Of a stretch of 64,000 nt of DNA, positions 47,098 to 56,011 are shown piece by piece. The DNA is from a virus (taxonomy: Duplodnaviria; Caudoviricetes), in IMG/VR virus record IMGVR_UViG_3300028591_000150, positions 1-64,000 of that record, one strand, 5' to 3'. Position 1 is the stretch's first letter. The number at the start of each line of letters is the position of its first letter. A program made the translations under genes and the position numbers. A model generated the notes under the pieces. That model was given only the letters and a program-made list of their open reading frames with translations. It did no database searches and was not told where the DNA came from.

Positions 47098-48528
47098 TTA
47101 TAATGACGGTCCATATATATCGAGTTGGACTTTGAACTCTATTGACATCATTGACGCTTTTACTTTGTCAATCAACATGGTTGTTTCTTCTGGAAGGACA
47201 TGGCAAGGAACCCATATCGTTTGGGAGTTTTTGATTATTCCAATCCACATCAACTTAGCCATTAGGAACTCATGGATATACCATGACGCCCACGCTTCAT
47301 CGAGCGGTCCGCTGGCGAGCGACCACGTTTCGTGATTTTCCGATTTTACAGCCAAAACACGACTGAACTTTTTCAGCGTTTCCTGACGGGCAATGGTGTA
47401 TGACTCTGTATTGATGTCCACTTCTTTCTTGACAAGCGAAGTTACGCATACACTTTCCAGACATCCCATGCTGTTGACGAAGCGCAGATCGTAGCCGTTT
47501 GTTGGACGCTCCACAACATATATTTCATGACCACCCACTGTCATCGCACCTTCTTCGGAAAGTGTCTGACTAACAGATTTCGGTCCGTCACTTGCGGCTA
47601 GTCCCTCTTCCCAACCAGTCAAAGTGGCGATATAGACTTTCCCGTCATACTGGCTAAGATAAGCATCATCGAGATTAGCCTTATACGAAGTCCAAGTGAT
47701 GCCACCTCCGGAAGGAATGCCTGTAATTGGATTTATGATAGTCGGCTCAACATGGCATATTTTGAGCGCATTGTCTGTCTCGATATTGTTATACACAAGT
47801 AGCACAATAGCGCCATCCGTAGCCATCCCGGTTGACTGGCCAGGAATGTTGTCGTACCTGTAGGCTGTGTTTACTTCCGTATCATAAGTGGGTTCGGCGC
47901 TAACAAAAACGGGATTAGCATCATCCGACATGTGATCAACTTCCATTCCGCGATTGATTGCCGAAGGATAGACAAATTCGATGTCTTTAAAAACAATCTC
48001 TGGAGAAGTGTTCGGCTTTCGCGACAGATATGTAACGTCAAGATACTCCATTCCGCTTTGGTCAACAGGCGCAGTCATTCTTTCTATGTCATTGAATGCG
48101 CCCTGAAAGGCATAGCAGTAGAAATGGTCGTCACCTACCGGTAATGATGGCCATGCCACCACGCCTTGATTGGACGACACATTCCCGTCCACCATCCACT
48201 CATCCCATGCTTCTATGCGGAACTTGATATATGGATAATGCTCTGGCGGTTCTGGGGTGTACTCATACTTTTCTGCAATCGCCTGCAATGCAGAACTGAT
48301 ATCAAACAGAGATGGCTGGGTGACATACGACTGTCCGTTCTGCTTTACTTCTGCAGGATGCGAGAAATCAAACGTCGTAAAGTCTTCATCGGTTTCAAGA
48401 CCTGCATAGACACGTACAATAATGCGATGGAATGTGCGGTTAGCACTATACGCCGCAGGCGACACCCTGAAAACGATGGGATTGCCTATGAGTGGTGAAC
48501 CGCTGATTAGTGATATTCCTTGTGCCAT
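47098..48528 (-). CDS. Tail structural protein (distal-tail-like)
   Basis: First gene of tail operon; FVNSMGCLES motif. Confidence 0.65.
   Translation of the reverse strand: MAQGISLISGSPLIGNPIVFRVSPAAYSANRTFHRIIVRVYAGLETDEDFTTFDFSHPAEVKQNGQSYVTQPSLFDISSALQAIAEKYEYTPEPPEHYPYIKFRIEAWDEWMVDGNVSSNQGVVAWPSLPVGDDHFYCYAFQGAFNDIERMTAPVDQSGMEYLDVTYLSRKPNTSPEIVFKDIEFVYPSAINRGMEVDHMSDDANPVFVSAEPTYDTEVNTAYRYDNIPGQSTGMATDGAIVLLVYNNIETDNALKICHVEPTIINPITGIPSGGGITWTSYKANLDDAYLSQYDGKVYIATLTGWEEGLAASDGPKSVSQTLSEEGAMTVGGHEIYVVERPTNGYDLRFVNSMGCLESVCVTSLVKKEVDINTESYTIARQETLKKFSRVLAVKSENHETWSLASGPLDEAWASWYIHEFLMAKLMWIGIIKNSQTIWVPCHVLPEETTMLIDKVKASMMSIEFKVQLDIYGPSL
47678..47865. repeat. 188-bp direct repeat, copy 2
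   Basis: See copy 1. Confidence 0.9.
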
Positions 48529-48548
48529 AACTTGATTTGTTTCTGCAA

Positions 48549-48583
48549 CAAAGGTACGGCAAAGTGAAAATAACAGACGGACA
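48549..48583 (-). promoter_or_regulatory. Late-type promoter of tail-tip operon (TGTCCG-N21-TACCTTTG)
   Basis: Exact motif and spacing. Confidence 0.75.
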
Positions 48584-48615
48584 TTGTGTTTTATGAAAAC
48601 TTATTCGTACCTTTG
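48584..48615 (+). promoter_or_regulatory. Host-type promoter of lipoprotein gene (TTG-N21-TACCTTTG)
   Basis: -7 box at 48608-48615 with TTG upstream. Confidence 0.6.
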
Positions 48616-48648
48616 CAGCAGAAAGTCAAACTTAAAACAAATGGTGAT

Positions 48649-49068
48649 ATGAAAACTACTAAGATTTTATTTGTAATGCTGCTAATGCTCGTAATGACAG
48701 GCTGCAGCAAGGATGACGACCAACAGAATCCGCCAAAGATTGACAATCCTGCACTGCTTGGCGTATGGACTAACGGGGATATCAAGACCACGAAAAATCT
48801 ATCAGAGGCCGCTTACTTTGAGCAGAACAGTGTGCTTTTTCTCTACGAAGGAGCTTGGTATCATGGTAATTACTCTATTCTGGATGCCAATCACTTCACG
48901 GCCAAAGTCTGCAAGGTGACAAGAATGGATTTTACGTGGTTCGACAATTACAAAGCATTCTCCACAGACCCTTATTACTACGATTGGGTATTCATCTACA
49001 AAATCACTGGCGACAATCTCTACTTAGAACGAGGCGGCAGGAGTATGAATCTTGTAAAATACCAGTAA
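48649..49068 (+). CDS. Lipoprotein (moron-like)
   Basis: Signal peptide with MTGC lipobox then SKDDD; opposite strand to neighbours; own promoter and terminator. Confidence 0.8.
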   Translation: MKTTKILFVMLLMLVMTGCSKDDDQQNPPKIDNPALLGVWTNGDIKTTKNLSEAAYFEQNSVLFLYEGAWYHGNYSILDANHFTAKVCKVTRMDFTWFDNYKAFSTDPYYYDWVFIYKITGDNLYLERGGRSMNLVKYQ

Positions 49069-49081
49069 GTCATACAAATTG

Positions 49082-49120
49082 ATGATGCGCACCAAACAAG
49101 TCGTTTGTGCGCATCATTTC
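49082..49120. terminator. Bidirectional terminator
   Basis: ATGATGCGCAC/GTGCGCATCAT stem between convergent genes. Confidence 0.75.
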
Positions 49121-49132
49121 GTTTATTCCTCA

Positions 49133-51856
49133 TTAAATGATATAGAAGTCTATCGTTACTTCGCCCAAATTCTTGTCAACGGCAAGTTGGTACTGCACTT
49201 TGTCAATAAAGCCTGTCATGTCACCAATCCGCCATAACTGCCTCCAGTGATTCGGAATATCCGCCAGCTGCGCAACTGTTGTGGATGCCTTGATGCGCAC
49301 TTTCTTGCGATGAAGCAGGAAGAAGCATAGCGCGGCCATAAAAGTGTCATACAGTCCGCGAGTACGAATTTTCGTTTCCACCTTGCCTGTAACCTGATTA
49401 ACGACATCCGGGTCACATGGCACAAGCCATGATGAATCGTCAACCCATTCTTTCGGTTCGGTCGATATCTTCAACTGGCCGTTAACGTACTTATAACGGA
49501 AGGGCTTGTAGGCGGCAATCTTCAATGAAAAACGCTCGCCTTCTCCGATGCCTGATGCCGTACCGTTATAATCGAACTCGTTGCCTATCTGGTCCATAGT
49601 GTCGCTCGTCAGAGCATATTCGCCACTGACAGTCCGCCACTTGTCATTGTTGAAGCCGTCGTAATCGTGGCTGTAATTCTGCACAGTCATATTTGTTCCA
49701 CCACCGCGCATCATGGCGACAGACAGTCCCCAGTCAATCTCCTGCAATGGTGAGTTGCCGTCATCCGTATCGCAAGGGTCATAGCTTTCAACCAGATTCA
49801 GAAACTCCGTAAGATATAAATCCACCAAGTCGTTAGACAGCACGTTGTTTATCCTGTAATCCACAAACTCGTGCTTGAAATCCTCGTCAACGTATGCAAC
49901 GAGCATCGGCTGGCCACCGGATTGTATATCTTTAAAGATATACGTGTTCCCCTGCGTGTCCGTAGCTGTACGCTCTTTGTTCAATCCCAGCACAGAAATG
50001 GTGTTTACATCGTTGAAAGCCATCGGCTGAAAGTCGCTGATGTACTCGCGGATGGTGCCGCGCTTATCGGCTACTGCAGAGCAGTCGCCAAGTTCTACTC
50101 CGTGAAACTGCCCAACCTCGAAAAGCCGTGCGTCGGCCATTGTCTCACCATTTACCTTGTATCTGTAGGCATCGCCTGTGGTCAGGTCAACGTAAACCTT
50201 GGCGTTTGTGGCGCTTGCTTGCTTGGCAATGTCAATAAAAGTCTCGTCAATTAAGACGCGCCCTTCAGGATATTCTTTGTAGTCGAAATCGGTATCGTAA
50301 TCGCTCTTCTTCCTACGGATATACTGTTCTTGCTCCTTTGGGGTGTTCTCAGCAGAATACTTCATGCGGAAGCCCGTAATCTTTTCAGTGAGTTTATACA
50401 CGCGATGCACTTTGCCGTTGAAATTGACGGTCTGCAGTCGTGTGCCGTCCGGCATGACCTGTCGGAACACATCGCGAAGCAGATATGCAGTTACCTTATT
50501 CTTTTCGTAGTCATAGTGGAAGCGGATGCCAAACGATGCTTCAAGCGAGTCGAGTATGCTCTTTACGCTCGAGTCTGGAAAGTTATCGCTGTTGGCCCAC
50601 ATCTTGCAGACGTTACAGGAGAAAATGACTTTTCCAAGAGTCGCTGTGACAGTGATGGTCTGCACATCGTTCTTTCCTACTTCAACGTGTTCCCAGTTAC
50701 CGCTATTCTTCTTGTAGTTGAACTCCTGTATCTGCTTCGGCTCAGGGTCTTCAACGCCAAGTTTACCTCCGCAACCACGAGAGTTGAGCCATTTATTCGC
50801 ATCTTCAATGCTATAAAAAGAATGTTCCTCGTCGGTCATTGGTTCAACGTCATACTTACAGTGAGTGGTGAAGAAACACAAATGTTTGAAATCTTCCACT
50901 GCAAGTAGCGCACTCTTGTCGAAATCCACGCCAAGGTGAGCAAACAGGCAGTCCAGGAAATAAAGCACATAGAAGCAGATGCCAGACTGCGGTCTGTCTG
51001 CATCCAGAACCCAATAAGGATATTTGCCTTCATACACATCTTCCGTGTCCTTCCGCTTGATAACGTCATCGCTGCTGGTTCCGTCATCTTTGAGCCCCTT
51101 GTGCAGATAGCATACACGTGCATTGCAATACTTGGCGCCTCCTGCACCCCAGTGTTCGCTATTCTCACCGTATGCGTCCGTCACATTGATAAAGGTGGAG
51201 TTGGCATAATCATCCACCTCCCGAGGTATATTCACCGTCTGACCTTCAGGATAGGTCTTTATCGTTTTAAGAACCGCCTGTTGTTTGTCTCCGGTGACAG
51301 CACAAATGCCAGGATATGAGAATCCGAGTGCCTGCGGCTCGAAATCTCCTTCAACAGTATCGTTGTCATAAGTATAGTTGCTCCACTCGTCCTTCTTTCC
51401 TGACTGGAAATGGATATCCACCTTATAACTGTACGATACCTGTACGTGGATGTTGCCAATCTTCTCGCCAATCTGAATGCGGTCTTTCATCGGTACATCC
51501 TGACACTGCAAATCGCCTATCAAATCATCAAACGACTGTTTAGATGCGTCAATGTTCAGGCTCATGCTTCCTGCAAGTTCTTCTTCCTCCTGCACAACTG
51601 TAATGCCTGAATGCAATGGCAACCCTTCGCCATATACAACAGCAGGAAGACCGTCCATAGTCATAGGACTGACATCGCTCTGTACGTTGTCAATATTCTT
51701 CATCAAGTGCCTGTTCTGCTCAAATGGTGGATTGAACGGCAGGGAAAACATCTCTGTATCGTTAAAAAGGGGGTTGGCCAGTTCGAAGTCAATGGTCTGA
51801 TCGGGACGTAAGGTCATCTCCTTTCCCGTTACTTTTATGGCGAGGTGGCTTTTCAT
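49133..51856 (-). CDS. Tail hub/baseplate-like structural protein
   Basis: 907 aa, beta-rich; NPLFN...FSLPF N-terminus; in late-type unit. Confidence 0.6.
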   Translation of the reverse strand: MKSHLAIKVTGKEMTLRPDQTIDFELANPLFNDTEMFSLPFNPPFEQNRHLMKNIDNVQSDVSPMTMDGLPAVVYGEGLPLHSGITVVQEEEELAGSMSLNIDASKQSFDDLIGDLQCQDVPMKDRIQIGEKIGNIHVQVSYSYKVDIHFQSGKKDEWSNYTYDNDTVEGDFEPQALGFSYPGICAVTGDKQQAVLKTIKTYPEGQTVNIPREVDDYANSTFINVTDAYGENSEHWGAGGAKYCNARVCYLHKGLKDDGTSSDDVIKRKDTEDVYEGKYPYWVLDADRPQSGICFYVLYFLDCLFAHLGVDFDKSALLAVEDFKHLCFFTTHCKYDVEPMTDEEHSFYSIEDANKWLNSRGCGGKLGVEDPEPKQIQEFNYKKNSGNWEHVEVGKNDVQTITVTATLGKVIFSCNVCKMWANSDNFPDSSVKSILDSLEASFGIRFHYDYEKNKVTAYLLRDVFRQVMPDGTRLQTVNFNGKVHRVYKLTEKITGFRMKYSAENTPKEQEQYIRRKKSDYDTDFDYKEYPEGRVLIDETFIDIAKQASATNAKVYVDLTTGDAYRYKVNGETMADARLFEVGQFHGVELGDCSAVADKRGTIREYISDFQPMAFNDVNTISVLGLNKERTATDTQGNTYIFKDIQSGGQPMLVAYVDEDFKHEFVDYRINNVLSNDLVDLYLTEFLNLVESYDPCDTDDGNSPLQEIDWGLSVAMMRGGGTNMTVQNYSHDYDGFNNDKWRTVSGEYALTSDTMDQIGNEFDYNGTASGIGEGERFSLKIAAYKPFRYKYVNGQLKISTEPKEWVDDSSWLVPCDPDVVNQVTGKVETKIRTRGLYDTFMAALCFFLLHRKKVRIKASTTVAQLADIPNHWRQLWRIGDMTGFIDKVQYQLAVDKNLGEVTIDFYII

Positions 51857-51885
51857 AGGACTACTGATTATGTGTTAGTATCATT

Positions 51886-52545
51886 TTATGCCTTATCGAA
51901 TTGAGAGCCTGAAAGTGGATATAGTCTGCTCTGTCCACCCAATTCGATGCCTTTTGTAACATCACTGTAAACCTTCGTACCACCGTATGCTGCTATCCGA
52001 CGATGGCCATGGTCGTACAGGGTACCGTTCGCTATCACCACCTCGGCTGCATTATAAGTATGACACTGCATGTCACCATCTGCGTGAGCAAAGTTATGTA
52101 CAGACACAATCGTATCACGACTTTCACAATGACAATAAGCGTGTCCTCGCAAGGTTATTTTCGAGCCAGGCGCACGACAATAAACCTGAGCATTGTCGGT
52201 GGCAGATACCTCGGCACTTGTAAAGATATAAGCCTTAGCAGTTCCAGAAACATTGACTAACTTGTCCGGATTGCTTATAATGACATATCCTTCATCTCGG
52301 TTCTCGTTGACATAGACGCCGCCATTGCGGAACTCTTCAATCATCGGTTGGCCAACAACAGACAACTGCTTGACCATAATGTCGGCATACCGCGAACGGT
52401 ACACATCGTCCCAGTTTTCTTTCCACACCTGCATAATCTGCACGATGTTTTCCGTCTTCATCAGTGCTTCAAAACCATGCCTACAGGCATTTCGCTCGTG
52501 ACAAGCCACGCGGCATATCTCTTTGAGTTGTTCGAAGTTGTTCAT
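51886..52545 (-). CDS. Hypothetical protein with short beta repeats
   Basis: VSATDNAQV / VHNFAHA-type repeats. Confidence 0.7.
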   Translation of the reverse strand: MNNFEQLKEICRVACHERNACRHGFEALMKTENIVQIMQVWKENWDDVYRSRYADIMVKQLSVVGQPMIEEFRNGGVYVNENRDEGYVIISNPDKLVNVSGTAKAYIFTSAEVSATDNAQVYCRAPGSKITLRGHAYCHCESRDTIVSVHNFAHADGDMQCHTYNAAEVVIANGTLYDHGHRRIAAYGGTKVYSDVTKGIELGGQSRLYPLSGSQFDKA

Positions 52546-52555
52546 ACTATTATCA

Positions 52556-53401
52556 TTATTTCTTTTTGCTGATGCGTTCCATCTCTGCTGCTTTATCGGC
52601 CATGTTCTGCAGTTTCTGTAAAGTTACACTGTAAGTCTCGTCGCGCTGGTCTTTCTCGCTGGTCTTGTATTCGTCAGCAAGTGTTGCGGTTACATGGTTG
52701 TAGAAGTCCCAAGGGGATTCCTGACGCTGACCACGCTTCACGGGTCGTGCTTTGAAAACTTTTGGGAACTTTTGCGCAAGCTGCTGCATCAAAGCACTCC
52801 ACCAGAAGAGAATGACCTGCCACTTGACAGGCGAAAAGTTCTCGAATGTATTTGGGTTTACGGGTGATCCGTCTGACGAGCGAAACAGGACAGCAAGGAA
52901 CTGGCGTTGTGCTTCGCCTGCATCAAGTCTTGCATTGTTGTTACGAACGTATATCTGCATCCAGTCACTGAGCAGGCGGTAATCGTTCCATGAATAGCCG
53001 TCAAGCAATGGCGATGCGCCTTGCAAAGTGACGTTGCCGATAATCAGCTTCGGATAAGGAAAGTTGAACAGTGGGCGGGCTTTTTCGTCAGTAAGCCATG
53101 AAAGTTGTTTGCACAGAGAGACAAGTTGCCCCACGTTAATAGGCCAAGCCTCTTCGTCCTGCGTGCGTTTTACTAGCCACTCTTGTCCGTCTCTCACTTC
53201 TTCATTTTGAGATGGCACTATGGAGATGCCATTAACGGCAAGGACGATTTTCAACTTTACCTTGTCCCAATCAAACTGGTGATAACGTCCAACAAGCAGT
53301 TGCTCGCTGATGATTTCTGCAGCAATGTACTCCAGTTCATCAGTTGTGCAGCGGTTCCAGGCATTTGGAAGGTGCAGATGTATATGTCGTTGTTCGTTCA
53401 T
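52556..53401 (-). CDS. Putative tail assembly chaperone
   Basis: LPNAWN N-terminus, FPKVF motif; first gene after late-type promoter. Confidence 0.45.
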   Translation of the reverse strand: MNEQRHIHLHLPNAWNRCTTDELEYIAAEIISEQLLVGRYHQFDWDKVKLKIVLAVNGISIVPSQNEEVRDGQEWLVKRTQDEEAWPINVGQLVSLCKQLSWLTDEKARPLFNFPYPKLIIGNVTLQGASPLLDGYSWNDYRLLSDWMQIYVRNNNARLDAGEAQRQFLAVLFRSSDGSPVNPNTFENFSPVKWQVILFWWSALMQQLAQKFPKVFKARPVKRGQRQESPWDFYNHVTATLADEYKTSEKDQRDETYSVTLQKLQNMADKAAEMERISKKK

Positions 53402-53441
53402 CGTTTCTTTATTCCGTCAACTCTCACTTGTTTTACAGACG

Positions 53442-53476
53442 CAAAGTTAAAAAAAGCCCGCCCAAGTGGACGGACA
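53442..53476 (-). promoter_or_regulatory. Late-type promoter (TGTCCG-N21-TAACTTTG), overlapping a likely terminator of the replication operon
   Basis: Exact motif and spacing; GTCCGTCC/GGGCGGGC hairpin plus T run overlaps it. Confidence 0.7.
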
Positions 53477-53547
53477 TTGCCTTCTTCACACACATTCTTG
53501 ATATGTAAAGACGGCTTTTTCATTTTTGTGCTTAATGCAGTCTTCTT

Positions 53548-54786
53548 TTAGTTTACTTGCATTGGCATTTGAAGTATCAGGCGACTGCTGTGAGCATCAT
53601 CAGGGCGATATAGCACGGGGCGTCTTGGCTCACTGAGGAACAACACCACGCTCTCAGTCTGTATGCGGTCCAGTATGCCGACTGCTGTGCTAATTTTCAA
53701 GCCGATTGCGAAGCCTTCTGGCAGGAAAGCATCTTGGTCTGTTATCGCTACGCGCTCCTGACCGCTGCGACCATTATCCATATTTGCTGCACATACAATG
53801 AAGGCATCACCATCGCGCCGCAATTCTACCATATTTGTCTGCTCGTTAGCTGACAGCTGAACGCGGCGCAATGCCATCCGAAATGATTCGCGGTCTGCTG
53901 ACACACGGTACTGGCTGTCATTCGGAATGACACTATCGTAGTTTGGATAGTTGCCCTCGATGAGTCTTGCAACAATGCGAGCGCCCTTTGTGCAGAACTC
54001 ACATCGCTGTCTGTCTGCAGTAACTGTAATCTGTCCGTCGCTTACGACTGATGACAACGCTTTACGAGCCTTCTTTGTGATTAGCAGTTTCGCAGAACCT
54101 GGCTGTTGTGTTTTGGGATCGAAAGCAGGAAACGTCGCATAATCAAGCCATCCGCTGCCGACGCCAGTCTCTATGACATCCTTGAACAACTCGCGGCCGT
54201 TTGTTCCAACAACAATCAACTTGTCATTATACACATCCAGACAAACACCGTTCAATACCATCCTGAGTTCATCATCTGCACTACTTTCTATGGCTGCGGC
54301 CATAAGTGGCAGTAGTTTGGAGGCATCGAGTGTGAATCGGCATAATGCACCTTCCTTGTCTTTTTCAGCGACAGGCAAAGGCAAAGGGAATGTATCACAG
54401 TCTTCCCAACCCATCTCGAACTCACCGATTCCATAGTTTACCTTCATCAAGTGGTCCGTGGTGAACCATACCTGCAACAGCTGTGCGCTTGGCAGTAGGC
54501 TTACAGCCTCTTTTAGCGCAGAAAAAGAAATGGCCACCTCTTTGAACTTGTCCTTCTGGTCGTCTTCAATCATGCGCATCCATTGCTGTCCGTCACTGTC
54601 CACGCAGTCGAGTGTAATCCATGTCTCGCTGTCCGATGCGGTCATAGTAAACACATCTCGACCTTCGTCATACTTCAACACTACACTTCCCAAAATAGGC
54701 AGAGCATTCTTGGCGTTAATAACAGGAGCAATTTGTGCGAGCGCTTTTCTCCAATAGTTCACGTCAACCGTTAATTTTGTCTTCAT
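53548..54786 (-). CDS. dnaN: DNA polymerase III beta sliding clamp
   Basis: KNALPIL, DDELRMVLNGV, GTNGREL, RLIEGNYPNYDSVIP, LQMPM. Confidence 0.92.
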   Translation of the reverse strand: MKTKLTVDVNYWRKALAQIAPVINAKNALPILGSVVLKYDEGRDVFTMTASDSETWITLDCVDSDGQQWMRMIEDDQKDKFKEVAISFSALKEAVSLLPSAQLLQVWFTTDHLMKVNYGIGEFEMGWEDCDTFPLPLPVAEKDKEGALCRFTLDASKLLPLMAAAIESSADDELRMVLNGVCLDVYNDKLIVVGTNGRELFKDVIETGVGSGWLDYATFPAFDPKTQQPGSAKLLITKKARKALSSVVSDGQITVTADRQRCEFCTKGARIVARLIEGNYPNYDSVIPNDSQYRVSADRESFRMALRRVQLSANEQTNMVELRRDGDAFIVCAANMDNGRSGQERVAITDQDAFLPEGFAIGLKISTAVGILDRIQTESVVLFLSEPRRPVLYRPDDAHSSRLILQMPMQVN

Positions 54787-54802
54787 TTTTTAAACTTGAT
54801 AT

Positions 54803-55045
54803 TTATGAAATTTTCTTTTCTATAATCTCGTAAATGTCACCTACTGTTTTAATAGCAACGGTTTCCTCGTCGGTGATTTTGATTTGAAACTCGCTTTCGC
54901 ACTGCATCAGTATCTCCATACAGTCAAGCGAATCTGCACCGATATCTCCATCCAATGCTGCATTTTCCTTTAGCATTTTGACATCAACGCCGAGGATGTT
55001 TACAATAATCTCGTTTACTTTCTCAATAATTTCTTGTCTGTTCAT
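54803..55045 (-). CDS. acpP: Acyl carrier protein
   Basis: 80 aa, acidic, DIGADSLD phosphopantetheine site, IKTVGD. Confidence 0.92.
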   Translation of the reverse strand: MNRQEIIEKVNEIIVNILGVDVKMLKENAALDGDIGADSLDCMEILMQCESEFQIKITDEETVAIKTVGDIYEIIEKKIS

Positions 55046-55102
55046 AATTGTGATGATTTAATTGTGAAACAATGTTTATTAAATGTAATTTGATGATGAT
55101 TT

Positions 55103-55294
55103 TTACCACCTACGTGGACCGAAGTAGCAGTGACGGCAACGATTGCAATTCCTCTTCTCTGACTTGATACTACATTCGTAGCCGTAGGCACAATCTGATC
55201 CGAATCCTTTGCGGTCGGTCTTACGACAATACTTACAATCCTTGATGATGTCGCTCTTGTCTCTTTGGATGTAGATTCCGAGATGGTGGTCCAT
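55103..55294 (-). CDS. Small Cys-rich protein
   Basis: CxxC...CxxCxxC. Confidence 0.5.
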   Translation of the reverse strand: MDHHLGIYIQRDKSDIIKDCKYCRKTDRKGFGSDCAYGYECSIKSEKRNCNRCRHCYFGPRRW

Positions 55295-55337
55295 ATATCA
55301 ACTTGTCCTCCTTTATTTGTTAGATGTCACTGAATCT

Positions 55338-56000
55338 TCAATTATTATTCTGACTCGTCGATGGCTGGCTTGTTCCTCTCATATCTTTTCCTTTGAACTC
55401 CACGATCTTGACGATTGAGCGGAGGCGGCTGAGCACTAAGTCGCCGTAGCGGTCCTCGATGCTAGGGATGATGTTACCCTGCTTGTCAACCCCATGAGTG
55501 GTTCGCAGGTTGGCGGTCATCATCAGCAGTATGCCTCGCTTCTCCGCTGCATCGCACAGTTTCAGAAAAGGGGTCGAGCGTTCGCCGAAGTCGAACTTCA
55601 CAGCAGGCTCAGTCCCAATGTCATCCACAACTACAAGATTGCGCTTCACAATATCTTGTATGCGGTCGTTCATCTCTTGTGCAGAGTAACTGCTGACAAT
55701 ACGCTGATACTTCATGTGAATAAGGACTGGTAGAATGTTCTGTACTATAAGTGTTTTACCCAATCCGCACGGACCGAGACAAAGCAAACCTCGACCACGG
55801 TTGTCTGAGAGCCACGCCGCCACCTGGTCGTAACACGGCAACCACTTCGCGTCATCACCAAGGTAGTAGCGCAGCCCAGAAGACAACAATTCACGAGCCT
55901 GCGGAATCTGCATATGTAGGCACTTCGGATATGGATTAAAGCCAGAGTCTCGCATCAACTCCACACTTTTACTAAATATGTCTATTTGCTTCTGTTCCAT
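55338..56000 (-). CDS. DnaC/IstB-like ATPase (helicase loader)
   Basis: Walker A GPCGLGKT, Walker B VVDDIGTE, RYGD..SRL. Confidence 0.85.
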   Translation of the reverse strand: MEQKQIDIFSKSVELMRDSGFNPYPKCLHMQIPQARELLSSGLRYYLGDDAKWLPCYDQVAAWLSDNRGRGLLCLGPCGLGKTLIVQNILPVLIHMKYQRIVSSYSAQEMNDRIQDIVKRNLVVVDDIGTEPAVKFDFGERSTPFLKLCDAAEKRGILLMMTANLRTTHGVDKQGNIIPSIEDRYGDLVLSRLRSIVKIVEFKGKDMRGTSQPSTSQNNN

Positions 56001-56011
56001 GACTTACGGTT

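Noticed and set aside
44922-47865. 188-bp repeat pair as DGR template and variable repeats
   Set aside because: Mismatches involve all bases and are mostly synonymous, both copies are mid-gene, and there is no RT
53548-55045. dnaN and acpP as host chromosome flank
   Set aside because: Co-oriented within the phage replication operon with phage genes on both sides
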